A stretch of DNA of 64,000 nt, from the NCBI GenBank assembly GCA_021324075.1, contig JAJPJW010000025.1, positions 43,306 through 107,305 of the forward strand. Direction: 5' to 3'. This stretch comes from Pseudomonadota bacterium (lineage in GTDB: Bacteria > Oederibacteriota > Muellerivitia > Muellerivitales > Muellerivitaceae). Each line of letters opens with the position of its first letter. Position 1 is the first letter of the stretch. The translations under genes and the position numbers were made by a program. The notes under the pieces were generated by a model, which was not told the origin of the DNA, searched no databases, and saw nothing but the letters and a program-made list of their open reading frames with translations. Positions 17,777-26,997 of the stretch are shown here, in pieces.

Positions 17777-19912
17777 TTAATTATCCAGTCCCCATTGCCC
17801 CATTTCCTTTTGGAGCCAGGCGTTCCCTGGTGAAAGCTTCAGGGCCTTTTGGAAAACGGCCTTGGCCTCCTGCTTTTGCCCCTCGAGCGCCAAGAGCCTC
17901 CCGAACTTCTCGCACAATTCCAGGTCCTGGTAGCTCCGGTCGAAGGAGGCCCGGAAGAGGGGTGAAAACCGGGGCCAATCGGACCCTGCCTCGCCGGGGT
18001 AGAAGGTCGTTTCCCAGGCGTAGTTGTACAAAAGCTTTTCGAAAAAGCACGATTGCAGGAAAGGGTCCGCCGGAACGGAAGGATAGACACGGGCCATGTC
18101 CGCCAAGAGGGGCACCCTTCCTTTGCCGTTCGGGAGGTCCATCGCCTGGAAGTTGAACCTGTGGTAATCCGCGTAAAAAGAATTCCAAGCCAGGAAAAGC
18201 GGGCGGTCCGGGGCGGAAATGGGAAAGACACCCAGGACATAGGGGTTTTGGGCGCCGGATTTGGTCCCCGGAAATTCAATCCAGCGCGCACCGGGGAAAC
18301 GGCTCTTGAGGAAGGGTTCGTAATGGGCCTCGGTAAAAAGGCCGCACCAGGACGCTTTTTCCGGTGAAAGGCCCGGATTCATGGCCGCGTTAAAAGGGAA
18401 GCAATAGAACGAGAGGGAATAATCGTCGACGGCGGGGATCATTTCGGGGAAAACCAATCCGGGCCCGAACCTGGAGGAAAGGGTTTCCAGGACGGCGTAG
18501 CTTTCCTTTTTCTCCCGGACCGTTTCCGTCCCCGGATTTCCGGGAAAGAAAGAACGCCCCAAGTCCAGGCCGCAGGAAATCAGGAGCAGCAGGGCTGCCG
18601 CCCAGGCCCTCCCGCGCGGGGGAAAAACGAAGGCCAGTGCTCGGACCCCCAATGTTGAAACCAGGATGAGCAGGGGCAGGACCAGGAGCACACGGTTGGG
18701 CTCCATGCCGTTGGAAAGGAAGCCCGGCGTCATCAAAATCAACAGGCCCGCCCCCGAAAGAAACAAGGGAAAGCGGTCCCGGGAACGGACCAACTCCATC
18801 ATTCCCAAGAAAAAGAAGGATGCGGAAAAAAGGTTCAGGAACCCGCCGCCATGAAGCGGGCCCTTGGGCCCCAGGTTCCAGAAGAGGGTGTAAAGGTATT
18901 GCAAAATGATCCTGGCCTGGGAGAGGACTGAAAAATTCCTCCAAAACCCGACTTTCATCAAATGGCCCCCATAGCCTTCCTGTCCCGCCGCCACCAGGAA
19001 GGGGACCAGGGCCAAAGCGAAGGAAAGGCCGAACCCGATCCATGGACCCGGGCCCCTCCGGGGCTTGGACCTTAGTTTCCAGGCCGCCAGCCCCAGGACC
19101 ACCGGCACCAGGGCGGGCCAGCAGGGAAAGGTGAAGGGACCCAGTCCCAAGGCAAAACCCAGGAGCCCGCTTTCAACCTGCAGGGAGGAAGAGGGCGGGG
19201 CCTTGAGGAACCACGCCAATAAATAAAGGACCAGGCTTTCCCAAAAAAGCAGGCAGAGGAGGTTCCGGGAGGCCTGTAAGGACCAAAAGTTGAGGGCGAA
19301 CAAGGCCAGGAAAAGCAGGGCGAAGGAGGCGGGAAAGCGCAATCGGACCGCCTGGTAACCCGCCAGCACCGCCCCCAGGGCCAACAAGGTGGCGGGCAAT
19401 TGGTAGGCCCAGAAGGGGGAATGGGTGAGCTTCAGGAAAAACCAGCAAAGGTAACAGCCCGTGCTGGGCGTCTGCCCGAAGGTGACAAACAAGCGCAGGT
19501 TCCAGTGCCGAAGAAGGTCCAGGGCGTATAGACCGGGTTGGATCTCGTCGCCGCCCTGCCACCGGGCGGGGGACCCCAAGCCCCAAAAATAAGCGACGCC
19601 GAGGAGGGGCAGGAAACCCAGCAGGAAAGGGAGCAGGGGCATTTCCACGTCGGTCCCGGCCAGGGGTGACGGCGTTCTTTCGCCGGGCGGCAGGGTTGCG
19701 GCGAAGACGACCAGGGGAAGGGCGAGCCCGAATAAGAGGACGGAAAATTTGGCGGCCAGGGACCAGGAGGTCTCCGCCACAAGGATGTTGGAAAGGGTAA
19801 AAAGAAGGAAATAGGGCCAGGGGTGGTAGGGAAGGTAAAGGTCCGACTGGAAAATTTTTTTCATTTGTTTTCCAACCCCAGGCATTATTGAAAAGAACCG
19901 GGCTTTTTCCAA
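17777..19912 (-). CDS. Polytopic membrane protein with C-terminal TPR-like soluble domain (GT-C-fold glycosyltransferase candidate)
   Basis: More than 10 predicted TM helices, an acidic DE motif in the first loop (GDEIQPGLY), and a C-terminal ~250-aa soluble region ending in TPR-like helices. Confidence 0.4.
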   Translation of the reverse strand: MEKARFFSIMPGVGKQMKKIFQSDLYLPYHPWPYFLLFTLSNILVAETSWSLAAKFSVLLFGLALPLVVFAATLPPGERTPSPLAGTDVEMPLLPFLLGFLPLLGVAYFWGLGSPARWQGGDEIQPGLYALDLLRHWNLRLFVTFGQTPSTGCYLCWFFLKLTHSPFWAYQLPATLLALGAVLAGYQAVRLRFPASFALLFLALFALNFWSLQASRNLLCLLFWESLVLYLLAWFLKAPPSSSLQVESGLLGFALGLGPFTFPCWPALVPVVLGLAAWKLRSKPRRGPGPWIGFGLSFALALVPFLVAAGQEGYGGHLMKVGFWRNFSVLSQARIILQYLYTLFWNLGPKGPLHGGGFLNLFSASFFFLGMMELVRSRDRFPLFLSGAGLLILMTPGFLSNGMEPNRVLLVLPLLILVSTLGVRALAFVFPPRGRAWAAALLLLISCGLDLGRSFFPGNPGTETVREKKESYAVLETLSSRFGPGLVFPEMIPAVDDYSLSFYCFPFNAAMNPGLSPEKASWCGLFTEAHYEPFLKSRFPGARWIEFPGTKSGAQNPYVLGVFPISAPDRPLFLAWNSFYADYHRFNFQAMDLPNGKGRVPLLADMARVYPSVPADPFLQSCFFEKLLYNYAWETTFYPGEAGSDWPRFSPLFRASFDRSYQDLELCEKFGRLLALEGQKQEAKAVFQKALKLSPGNAWLQKEMGQWGLDN

Positions 19913-19945
19913 TTAAATTCCTGCCCGATGGTAATAAAATAGGCC

Positions 19946-20917
19946 ATGCCCCACGACCACAGCCACGAACACGAACATTCCCATAGCCGCGCCGGTTTTC
20001 CCCACGGCCATTCCCACGGCGACGCCGGCCACGACCATTCCCACGGATTCTCCCGCCGCAGCCAGATGCTTTGGGCCATCGGCATCACCGGCTCCATCCT
20101 CGTCCTGGAAGTGATCGGCGGATTCCTTTCCCATTCCCTGGCCCTCTTGTCCGACGCCGGCCACATGCTCACCGACCTGGCGGCGCTCTCGGTTTCACTG
20201 ACCGCCATGATCATGGCTGAAAGGCCCGTCAGCGACCGCCACACCTACGGTTTCGCCCGCCTGGAAGTGCTGGCGGCCTTCGGCAACGCCCTGACCTTCT
20301 TCGTCATGGTGGGGGCGGTGGGATGGGAGGCCTTCCAGCGGCTGGCCACGCCCGCCCTGCCCGACTGGAAGACCATGGGCCTGATCGCGGCCATCGGGCT
20401 TTTGGCCAACGTGCTTTCCGCCTGGTTCCTGCACGGGGCGCATGAGGACGACCTGAACATGAAAAGCGCCTGGGTGCACGTGATGGGCGACCTGGCCTCA
20501 TCGGTGGGGGTCCTGGTGGGAGTGGCGGTCATCGCCAGGACCGGATGGACCTGGGTGGACCCCCTGCTCAGCATTGGCATCGCCGTTTTGATCGCGCTGA
20601 GCGCCTTCAAGCTTTTCTGGAAAGCCCTTCACATCCTGCTGGAGTCGGCCCCCCGGGGGCTGACGCCGGAAAAGATCAGTTCCTGCCTGACCTCCCAACT
20701 GCCCCAGGTCAAGGAAGTGCACCACGTGCACCTTTGGGAAGTGGGCTCGGGGGAGATCCACCTGACGGCCCACGTCGTCGTGGAAGACCAGCCCTTAAGC
20801 CGGGCCCAGGATGTCCTGGAGAAGGCCGTGCAGAACCTGGCCAAGGACTGCGGCATCCACCACGCCACGCTTCAGTTGGAAGTGCCGGGGCAGGAATCCA
20901 AAGAGAAGCCTGAGTGA
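19946..20917 (+). CDS. czcD: Cation diffusion facilitator family divalent-metal exporter (CzcD/ZitB-like) with His-rich N-terminus
   Basis: HSLALLSDAGHMLTD metal-binding-site-A motif, six TM helices, C-terminal cytoplasmic domain, and a His-rich (HxHxH) N-terminal leader. Confidence 0.8.
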   Translation: MPHDHSHEHEHSHSRAGFPHGHSHGDAGHDHSHGFSRRSQMLWAIGITGSILVLEVIGGFLSHSLALLSDAGHMLTDLAALSVSLTAMIMAERPVSDRHTYGFARLEVLAAFGNALTFFVMVGAVGWEAFQRLATPALPDWKTMGLIAAIGLLANVLSAWFLHGAHEDDLNMKSAWVHVMGDLASSVGVLVGVAVIARTGWTWVDPLLSIGIAVLIALSAFKLFWKALHILLESAPRGLTPEKISSCLTSQLPQVKEVHHVHLWEVGSGEIHLTAHVVVEDQPLSRAQDVLEKAVQNLAKDCGIHHATLQLEVPGQESKEKPE

Positions 20918-22491
20918 CCCCAAAAACGGATAAAGGCCGCTGGTGGGCCCTCGCCGTCCTGGCCCTGGCGGGCCTGGCCATCGTCCTGGAGCGTTGCCAC
21001 ACCTACTCCGAGCCCCTGGAAAGGGACATCACCACCTACGCGGTCATCGGGGCGGAGATCCTCAAAGGCCGCTCCCTTTATTCCGACCTTTGGGACCACA
21101 AACCCCCCGCCATCCACGTCACCTTCGCGCTGGCCGAAGCCGCGGCGGGTGAGGGGCCCCTGGCGGTCTTCCTCTTGAATGTCTTCGCGGCCCTGGCGAC
21201 GCTGGCCGGGCTTTACCAGGCGGGAAAAAACCTGGGAGGCCGGGCCGGAGGCCTTTGGGCGGCGGCGATCTGGACCGTCGTTTGCGGCGACCTCTACCTG
21301 CAAGCCAACCAGCCCAACGAGGAAGTCTTCCTGAACGCCCTCCAAACTTCGGTTTTCGCGCTTTGGCTTGGGGCGAAGGCGAAAAAACCCGAACCCCGGC
21401 GGTGGGTGATCATCGGCGTCTTATGCGCCGCCGCCTCCCTTTACAAGCCCTTCGCGGCGCTGGAAGTCCCGGCATTGTCCGCGGCCTTCCTGGCGCTCCA
21501 TTGGAACCCGGAGTCCTTGAGGCAAACCGTCCTTCAAAAAATCTCCACTGTTTTCACTTGTGCCTTCGTCGCCTGGGCAGGTTTCGTCGGCTGGTTCGCC
21601 GTGCAAGGCCATTGGGGCGACTTTTGGGACGCGGTCTTCACCTACAATTTTTATTACAGCGGATACCGCAGCTTTTCCCCGGGAGAATTATTGCGAGCCC
21701 TGGGCGGCCAGGACCCGGGCACCCTTGCCTGGCTTTTTCTTCTCTTGGTTTTGGGATGTTGGGGGGCTTTTACCGGGAAAAAGAAAAAGGAAGAAAGGGG
21801 TCCTTGGTTGTTTTGGGCCGTCTTTCTTGCGGTCGCCTTATTGGAAATCCTGCTTCCCGGGCGGTTCTTCCCCCATTACGACCAGCTCCTGCTGCCGCCG
21901 CTGATCCTTGGCGCGGCCTGGAGCATGAACTTACTGGATCGAGGGGTTGGGAAAGGATGGAAAGGCCTGCCGGGCCTTGTCCTGCTGGTCCTTCTTGTCC
22001 TCCACGAGGCCCCTTTCTACCGGCTCGCGCCCGAACAATGGGCGGAAAAAAAATACGCCGCCGATGGGAAATTGTTCCTCCAGTCCTACCAAGTGGGCAG
22101 GGCATTGAACACATGGTTGTGGCCGGGTGAGACTTTCTACGAGTGGGGAAACGAATCCGAACTTTACTTCGCCTCCCGGCGCTCCCCGCCCAGCGGGGTC
22201 TTCTACGGCTATCCCCTCCTGAACAATCCCTTGGCCGGAGATTTGGCCGCAAGGGTGGTCATGGACCTGGAAATGAAAAAGCCCGAGTTGATCGTGCTCA
22301 ATACGACCTATTACCTGTCGAGCGACCTGTTGGAGCGCCATCCGGTACTCCGGTGGGTGAAGGAAAATTATGATCCTGTTGTTGAGGACCCGCCACGGGA
22401 AGCGTTTCATTTCATGATGCTCAAGGGTGGGAATCTGGAAAAACGGATCGCCGGGACTTCCGTCAATCCTCCTTCGGGGAGCAAGCCTTAA
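20914..22491 (+). CDS. Glycosyltransferase family 39 / ArnT-PMT-like membrane protein
   Basis: Multi-TM protein with the DHKPP motif (YSDLWDHKPPAIHV) in the first periplasmic loop, as in the ArnT/PMT family. Overlaps the czcD stop by 4 nt. Confidence 0.5.
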   Translation: MTPKTDKGRWWALAVLALAGLAIVLERCHTYSEPLERDITTYAVIGAEILKGRSLYSDLWDHKPPAIHVTFALAEAAAGEGPLAVFLLNVFAALATLAGLYQAGKNLGGRAGGLWAAAIWTVVCGDLYLQANQPNEEVFLNALQTSVFALWLGAKAKKPEPRRWVIIGVLCAAASLYKPFAALEVPALSAAFLALHWNPESLRQTVLQKISTVFTCAFVAWAGFVGWFAVQGHWGDFWDAVFTYNFYYSGYRSFSPGELLRALGGQDPGTLAWLFLLLVLGCWGAFTGKKKKEERGPWLFWAVFLAVALLEILLPGRFFPHYDQLLLPPLILGAAWSMNLLDRGVGKGWKGLPGLVLLVLLVLHEAPFYRLAPEQWAEKKYAADGKLFLQSYQVGRALNTWLWPGETFYEWGNESELYFASRRSPPSGVFYGYPLLNNPLAGDLAARVVMDLEMKKPELIVLNTTYYLSSDLLERHPVLRWVKENYDPVVEDPPREAFHFMMLKGGNLEKRIAGTSVNPPSGSKP

Positions 22492-22831
22492 GCCACTGGG
22501 ACAGGTGCTGGTCGACGTTGTTCAGGCGCTTGGCCCAGCGCTCCTGAAGCTCGGCCGAGAGCAGGTTCTTGCGGACGCAAAGGCTCATCAGGGGCACGCA
22601 TTCGTTCGTGAGGGCGACGGCCTGCTCCAGGAAGCGGGCGGTGCGGGCGGCGTTGGTGGAATCCTTGGCCTTGTGCACGGCCTGGGAAAGCTCGTGCACC
22701 TGGCGTTTCAGGCGCGAGACGGCCTCGTGCTTCAAGGCCCAGGGCAGGTTCTGGTAGGTCTTGTTGATCTCCCCCGCCAGGTCGTCGCAAACGGCGGTGA
22801 GATCGACGTTCAGGAAGTCCGAAGACGCCAA
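22463..22831 (-). CDS. Hypothetical protein (~122 aa); probable TTG start with GGAGGA RBS
   Basis: Coding-like composition on the minus strand. The upstream part of the longer track ORF (to 23164) overlaps the acyltransferase gene and is rejected. The plus-strand ORF 22427..22936 looks like a GC shadow ORF. Confidence 0.3.
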   Translation of the reverse strand: MASSDFLNVDLTAVCDDLAGEINKTYQNLPWALKHEAVSRLKRQVHELSQAVHKAKDSTNAARTARFLEQAVALTNECVPLMSLCVRKNLLSAELQERWAKRLNNVDQHLSQWLKACSPKED

Positions 22832-22869
22832 GGTATTTTCCTCCGTTCCCCGCCGGGCCCTTTTTCCAA

Positions 22870-24054
22870 TCAAGCCGCCTTTAAGCCGAAAGCCCTTCGA
22901 ACAGCCAGGTTGGCCGGCGCCTCGAAAAAATGGTAGCAAAGGGCGGCAACCCCCGTCGAGATCAATACGAAGAGGACATAGGCGGTCAAAAGGTCCCCAT
23001 GGGCGATCAAGAGGGGGTAGGAAAAATAAAAAACGAAGATGTGTAGGAGGTAGATTCCGTAACTGTATTTTCCCGGCCAGGCCAGGGGGGCCCAAAAGGC
23101 GGATTGGAAAAAGCGCAAGTGCAGCCCACCCAGCAGCAGTAAAAAGGAGCCCAAAGCCACGCAACTGGCCCCGACAACGTCCTCGGACCGGTGGTCATAG
23201 GTGTCGGTCCCCAGGTAGGCCAAGGCCAGCAAGGCCACCCCCGAAAGGCAGGCCAGCGCGCAGAGGCGGGGGCGGAGGCCCAGGAAGGGCCCGTATTTTT
23301 TGGCCACGAAGTAAAGCAGGGCCCCGAAAGCGATCTGGTCGAAGGACCCGAAAGAACCGAACTTCCCCCATTCGGAATAAGAGGGCGAAAGCCGGCCCAT
23401 GGCGAAGCGCCACAAGGGACCCAGGACCACCATGGCCGATAGGAAGGCCAGGTAGGGCCCCGCCCGGCCCAGGCGTTTCAGGAGTAGGGGATAGAAAATA
23501 TAAAACTGCTCCTCCACCGAAAGGGACCACATCACTCCCCAAGCGACGGCGATGAGCTTGCCGGCGCTCAAGGCGCAGTACCAATTGAAGGAAAAGGTGA
23601 AAAGGGAGGACCAAAAGAGGAAATTAAACTGGCCGGGGTCGGCCAGGAAGCAGTAATTGAACCGCGGCATGGCCCGCGGCAAAAGGTAGGCCGCCGCCAG
23701 GCCCAGGAGGATGGTCAGGAAGAACAGGGGGAAAATACGGGCGACGCGCCGCGCGTAAAAGGTTTTGAACGAGGGCGAAAAAAGCCCCTTCCCCTGGCCG
23801 TCGATCAAACGGGTGATGAGAAAACCCGAGACCACGAAAAAAACCCCGACCCCATAGGCACCGTTTTTTTGGAAGTGGTACCACCACCAACCGTAGGCGG
23901 GATCGGGAGGGGGCACGTAGACAAAATGCGCCGCCATCACCGACAAAATGGAAAAGCTGCGCAACAAATCGACGATCTGCAGCTTAACGGGCGCGGCAGG
24001 TTTGGTTTTTGGCCTTGCTTTGATGGACAGCCTCCCGGAAACACCTGTCATCAT
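22870..24054 (-). CDS. Acyltransferase family 3 (OafA/OpgC-like) membrane protein
   Basis: N-terminal VDLLRSFSILSVMAAHF and FFVVSGFLIT motifs; ~10 TM helices. Paralog of 26998..28173. Confidence 0.7.
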   Translation of the reverse strand: MMTGVSGRLSIKARPKTKPAAPVKLQIVDLLRSFSILSVMAAHFVYVPPPDPAYGWWWYHFQKNGAYGVGVFFVVSGFLITRLIDGQGKGLFSPSFKTFYARRVARIFPLFFLTILLGLAAAYLLPRAMPRFNYCFLADPGQFNFLFWSSLFTFSFNWYCALSAGKLIAVAWGVMWSLSVEEQFYIFYPLLLKRLGRAGPYLAFLSAMVVLGPLWRFAMGRLSPSYSEWGKFGSFGSFDQIAFGALLYFVAKKYGPFLGLRPRLCALACLSGVALLALAYLGTDTYDHRSEDVVGASCVALGSFLLLLGGLHLRFFQSAFWAPLAWPGKYSYGIYLLHIFVFYFSYPLLIAHGDLLTAYVLFVLISTGVAALCYHFFEAPANLAVRRAFGLKAA

Positions 24055-24125
24055 AACAAAACAACCGCATAGGACGGACGGCGGGAAACCTTACGGGGTC
24101 TGGGTAATGATTCAGTTTGAACATT

Positions 24126-24212
24126 CCCCACTTTGAAAAAGGGGGGACAGGGGGGTATTAGCTTTTGCGGTGAGGCTAACTCCCCCCCAATCCCCCTCTT
24201 TCAGAGGGGGAG
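24126..24212. repeat. Family 1 repeat, solo copy
   Basis: CTTTGAAAAAGGGGGGACAGGGGGGTATTAGC ... CTAACTCCCCCCCAATCCCCCTCTTTCAGAGGGGGAGG. Lies between acyltransferase-1 and hpnE. Confidence 0.6.
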
Positions 24213-24217
24213 GAAAA

Positions 24218-25570
24218 TCATCCACCAGATGGAGACACTGCCGGGGTCTGGGGTCCCAGGATTTTTCCGGCGGCCCGGTGGCCCGAGAGGCAGGCGCCTT
24301 CCAGGGTGGCCGGCAGGCCCGTGTCGGTCCAATCCCCGGCCAGGAAGACGTTGGGACAGGGTGTCTCGCAGGGCGGGCGCAGCTTGTCCGTTTCACGGCT
24401 CCAAACGAAGGTGGCGGCCATTTCCCGCGTGGCCTTGGAATGGAGGACCCGGACCCCCCGGGCAGTGGGGCAACGGTCGGACAGTTCCTTCAAGGCCATC
24501 TCCACCAGTTCGGGGTCCTTCAGGCGGGCCAAATCGTCGGCCGCGCTGGCGGTGAAAGAAAGGTACTGGCCGTCCATTTTCAAACCCCAATTGGCGTTGC
24601 GGTTGAAGACCCACTCAAACTTTGCGCCGGAGAGGCCCACCAAGTGCCCCTCGAGGACGGGCTTGGCGAGGATCAGGTGCACGGAAACGATGGAGGACTT
24701 GCCCATTTGGGGGAAATGGGCCGCAGCGTCCCAAGTTCCCACGGGCCACAGGGCCGAAAGGGAGGAGGGCGGCACGGCGAGGACGAGGGCGTCCGCCGAA
24801 TAAAAGGCGCCGGAACGGGCTTTTACCCCCACCGTTTTTCCCTCCACAACGAAGGATTGGACTCCTTCGTGAAAAAGAACCCGGGCCCCTTTTCCTTCCA
24901 TGAATTTTTTCGCCTGGGTGGAAACCACTTCGCTCAAGGGAAGGCGGGCCACCCCCAGGGCGCTGTCCCGGCGGCTGCCGAAGAAAACCCGGCGCAGGAC
25001 CTCGCCCAAGCCTTCGATGGGAGCGACCGGGGGCGGCACATTCATGACGGCGTTGCAAAGCGGGCCCCAGAACCTCTCGCGGACCTTCGGGCCCTGGGCC
25101 GTGGCCTCCAGGTATTGGGCGACCGTTTCAACACCTGGCGGGATCTTGAAGGGTTTGCGGGAAAAAGCCGAGAGGGCGCGGGCCAGGGAGATTTTTTCCC
25201 CCCAAGGAAAGGCGTTGGAAAAGAGCAAGCCCCAGGCCAGGTGCAAGGGCGCGGGCCAGGGGGTGCATTTCAGGGAAACCTCCCTGCCGCCGGGGGTGAG
25301 CCAGGCCAGGGCCAGGGGATCGATCCATTGGAGGTTTTTTTCCACGCCGATGCGGCGGAACAGCCGGAGGGTTTCGGCATAACAGCCCATGAAAAGATGG
25401 GGCCCGTTGTCCATGGGCGCGGGAAAGGTTTCCGAAGGGGCGATGGAATAGGCCCGGCCGCCCAGGAAGCCGCGGGATTCCAACAGGTCCACTGAATGGC
25501 CCGCTTCGGCCAGGGCCGTGGCCGCCGCCAGGCCCGCGTAACCGCCGCCGACCACGATGACTTTGGGCAT
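24218..25570 (-). CDS. hpnE: Hydroxysqualene dehydroxylase (squalene-associated FAD-dependent desaturase)
   Basis: FAD-binding N-terminus VIVVGGGYAGLAAA. Amine-oxidase/desaturase fold. Gene order places it after hpnC and hpnD. Confidence 0.7.
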   Translation of the reverse strand: MPKVIVVGGGYAGLAAATALAEAGHSVDLLESRGFLGGRAYSIAPSETFPAPMDNGPHLFMGCYAETLRLFRRIGVEKNLQWIDPLALAWLTPGGREVSLKCTPWPAPLHLAWGLLFSNAFPWGEKISLARALSAFSRKPFKIPPGVETVAQYLEATAQGPKVRERFWGPLCNAVMNVPPPVAPIEGLGEVLRRVFFGSRRDSALGVARLPLSEVVSTQAKKFMEGKGARVLFHEGVQSFVVEGKTVGVKARSGAFYSADALVLAVPPSSLSALWPVGTWDAAAHFPQMGKSSIVSVHLILAKPVLEGHLVGLSGAKFEWVFNRNANWGLKMDGQYLSFTASAADDLARLKDPELVEMALKELSDRCPTARGVRVLHSKATREMAATFVWSRETDKLRPPCETPCPNVFLAGDWTDTGLPATLEGACLSGHRAAGKILGPQTPAVSPSGG

Positions 25571-25595
25571 TTCAAAATCCTTAAGGAGAAAAAAT

Positions 25596-26018
25596 CCCCC
25601 TTTGAAAAAGGGGGGTAGGGGGGTATTAGCTTTTCACAACCGCCCTTAGTATTTCCTCTAGAACCGCCTCTTTATTTTTCAAAACTTGGTGGTTATCCAA
25701 TCGAAGTACCCTTAAACCCTGGTTCTTGAAAAACGAATCCCGAAGAACATCTTTTTCTTTTACTTCGCCATGAAAATGTTGTCCGCCATCTATTTCAATG
25801 ACCAGAGCGGCCTCACGGCAATAGAAATCCACAATGTAGTTGCCGATGATCCGCTGACGATAAAAACAAGCTCCAGCAATTTGTTTGCGGCGAAGATGGG
25901 ACCAGAGAAGACGTTCGGCATCCGTCATCCCGCGACGGAGTTTTCGGGCAGTTTGTGTTTGATTCCTACGATAAGGCAACAACTAATACCCCCCTTCCCC
26001 CCTTTTTCAAAGGGGGGA
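25596..26018. mobile_element. Small element bounded by ~35-bp inverted copies of the family 1 G-tract repeat and carrying a single DUF559 endonuclease-like gene
   Basis: Left end TCCCCCTTTGAAAAAGGGGGGTAGGGGGGTATTAGC (25596-25630). The right end reverse-complements to CTCCCCCCTTTGAAAAAGGGGGGAAGGGGGTATTAGTTGT (25982-26018). Inserted between hpnD and hpnE. Confidence 0.55.
25626..25982 (-). CDS. DUF559 domain protein (Vsr/restriction-endonuclease-like fold)
   Basis: 118 aa. Conserved DUF559 core RKLRRGMTDAERLLWSHLR...IVDFYC...LVIEIDGGQH. The ORF runs exactly from one terminal repeat to the other. Confidence 0.7.
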   Translation of the reverse strand: MLPYRRNQTQTARKLRRGMTDAERLLWSHLRRKQIAGACFYRQRIIGNYIVDFYCREAALVIEIDGGQHFHGEVKEKDVLRDSFFKNQGLRVLRLDNHQVLKNKEAVLEEILRAVVKS

Positions 26019-26074
26019 GCGGCGTTTTACTGCATCGCTGGTTGTGGAAACACTCCTCGCAATGACATAAAAAA

Positions 26075-26914
26075 CTAATTTGAGGACCATTTCCACAACC
26101 AGCACCTTCCCACCGCGCCCAAGACCGACAAGAGCTTGTCCGCCTTCGAGAGGGTGGTGCGCCCCTTGAGGATGCGGTAGGGGTTCGCCCTCAGCTTCTG
26201 GTAAAGCTTCACGTAAACCGCCGCGATGGCCTCGGCGGTGGCCAGTTGGGCGCGCTGGCGGCGGCTCAAGGCCGTCCTCGCCTTTTCCAGGAAGGACCAG
26301 GCACGGTCCAACTGGAACTCCACGAATTTTTTCCAGTGTGAGTTGTCCTCGTCCAAGTGGGAGGGGTTCAGGTGGAAGCGGTTGAAATCCTCCTCCGGCA
26401 GATACCGGCGGCCCAAGGCGCCGTCCTCCCGGTAGTCGCGGGTGATATTGACCAGTTGGAGGAAGACCCCCAGGTTCTCCGCGTAATCCCGGTGGGCTTG
26501 GTCCTTGAAGCCGAAGATCTCCATGCTGGACAGGCCGGGGCCCCCCGCCACCCGCAGGGCGTATTGGTGGAGCTCGGCGAACTTCTTGAAACGGATGGGC
26601 CTTAGGTCCTGCTCCACGCCCCGGAGGATGCGGTTCAGGGGTTCGCGGGTAAGCCCGAAGGCGGGAATCAGGGCCTGGAGTTTCTGGAAGAGGCCATCCT
26701 TCGCCCGGCCCTGGAAGGCGGCGTCCAGCCCCTGCTTGAACCGGGAAAGCCCCCGGCGCTTGGCAACAGGGGAACCGGGGCTGTCGGCGATCTCATCAGC
26801 CACCCAGCAAAACCGGTAAAGCACTTCCATGGCCCGGCGCTGGCCGCGGGGCAAAAGAAGGAGCGGGTAGTAAAAGCTGGTCTTGTTCTCGAGCGATTGT
26901 TTCGGGGGAGCCAT
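26075..26914 (-). CDS. hpnD: Presqualene diphosphate synthase (squalene/phytoene synthase family)
   Basis: SFYYPLLLLP...AMEVLYRFCWVADEIAD matches the HpnD/CrtB N-terminal signature. Start chosen at the Met 12 aa before SFYY; the track ORF extends to 26959. Confidence 0.7.
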   Translation of the reverse strand: MAPPKQSLENKTSFYYPLLLLPRGQRRAMEVLYRFCWVADEIADSPGSPVAKRRGLSRFKQGLDAAFQGRAKDGLFQKLQALIPAFGLTREPLNRILRGVEQDLRPIRFKKFAELHQYALRVAGGPGLSSMEIFGFKDQAHRDYAENLGVFLQLVNITRDYREDGALGRRYLPEEDFNRFHLNPSHLDEDNSHWKKFVEFQLDRAWSFLEKARTALSRRQRAQLATAEAIAAVYVKLYQKLRANPYRILKGRTTLSKADKLLSVLGAVGRCWLWKWSSN

Positions 26915-26997
26915 CCATTCCGTCCCTTTAGGATGGCTGGATTTTAACAGTCCGCCCATTCCGGAAGGGATAAAAGTCCCGCCGGATCAAGGAAAAG

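Noticed and set aside
22427-22936. Plus-strand ORF 22427..22936 (169 aa)
   Set aside because: Its Gly/Leu/Val-rich translation is typical of the reverse complement of a real gene. The minus-strand ORF has a plausible RBS and better composition.
17651-26018. Possible CRISPR array from recurring G-rich ~35-bp repeats
   Set aside because: Only 3-4 copies. They are spaced 1.5-6.5 kb apart with whole genes between them. Orientations are mixed and there is no regular repeat-spacer periodicity.
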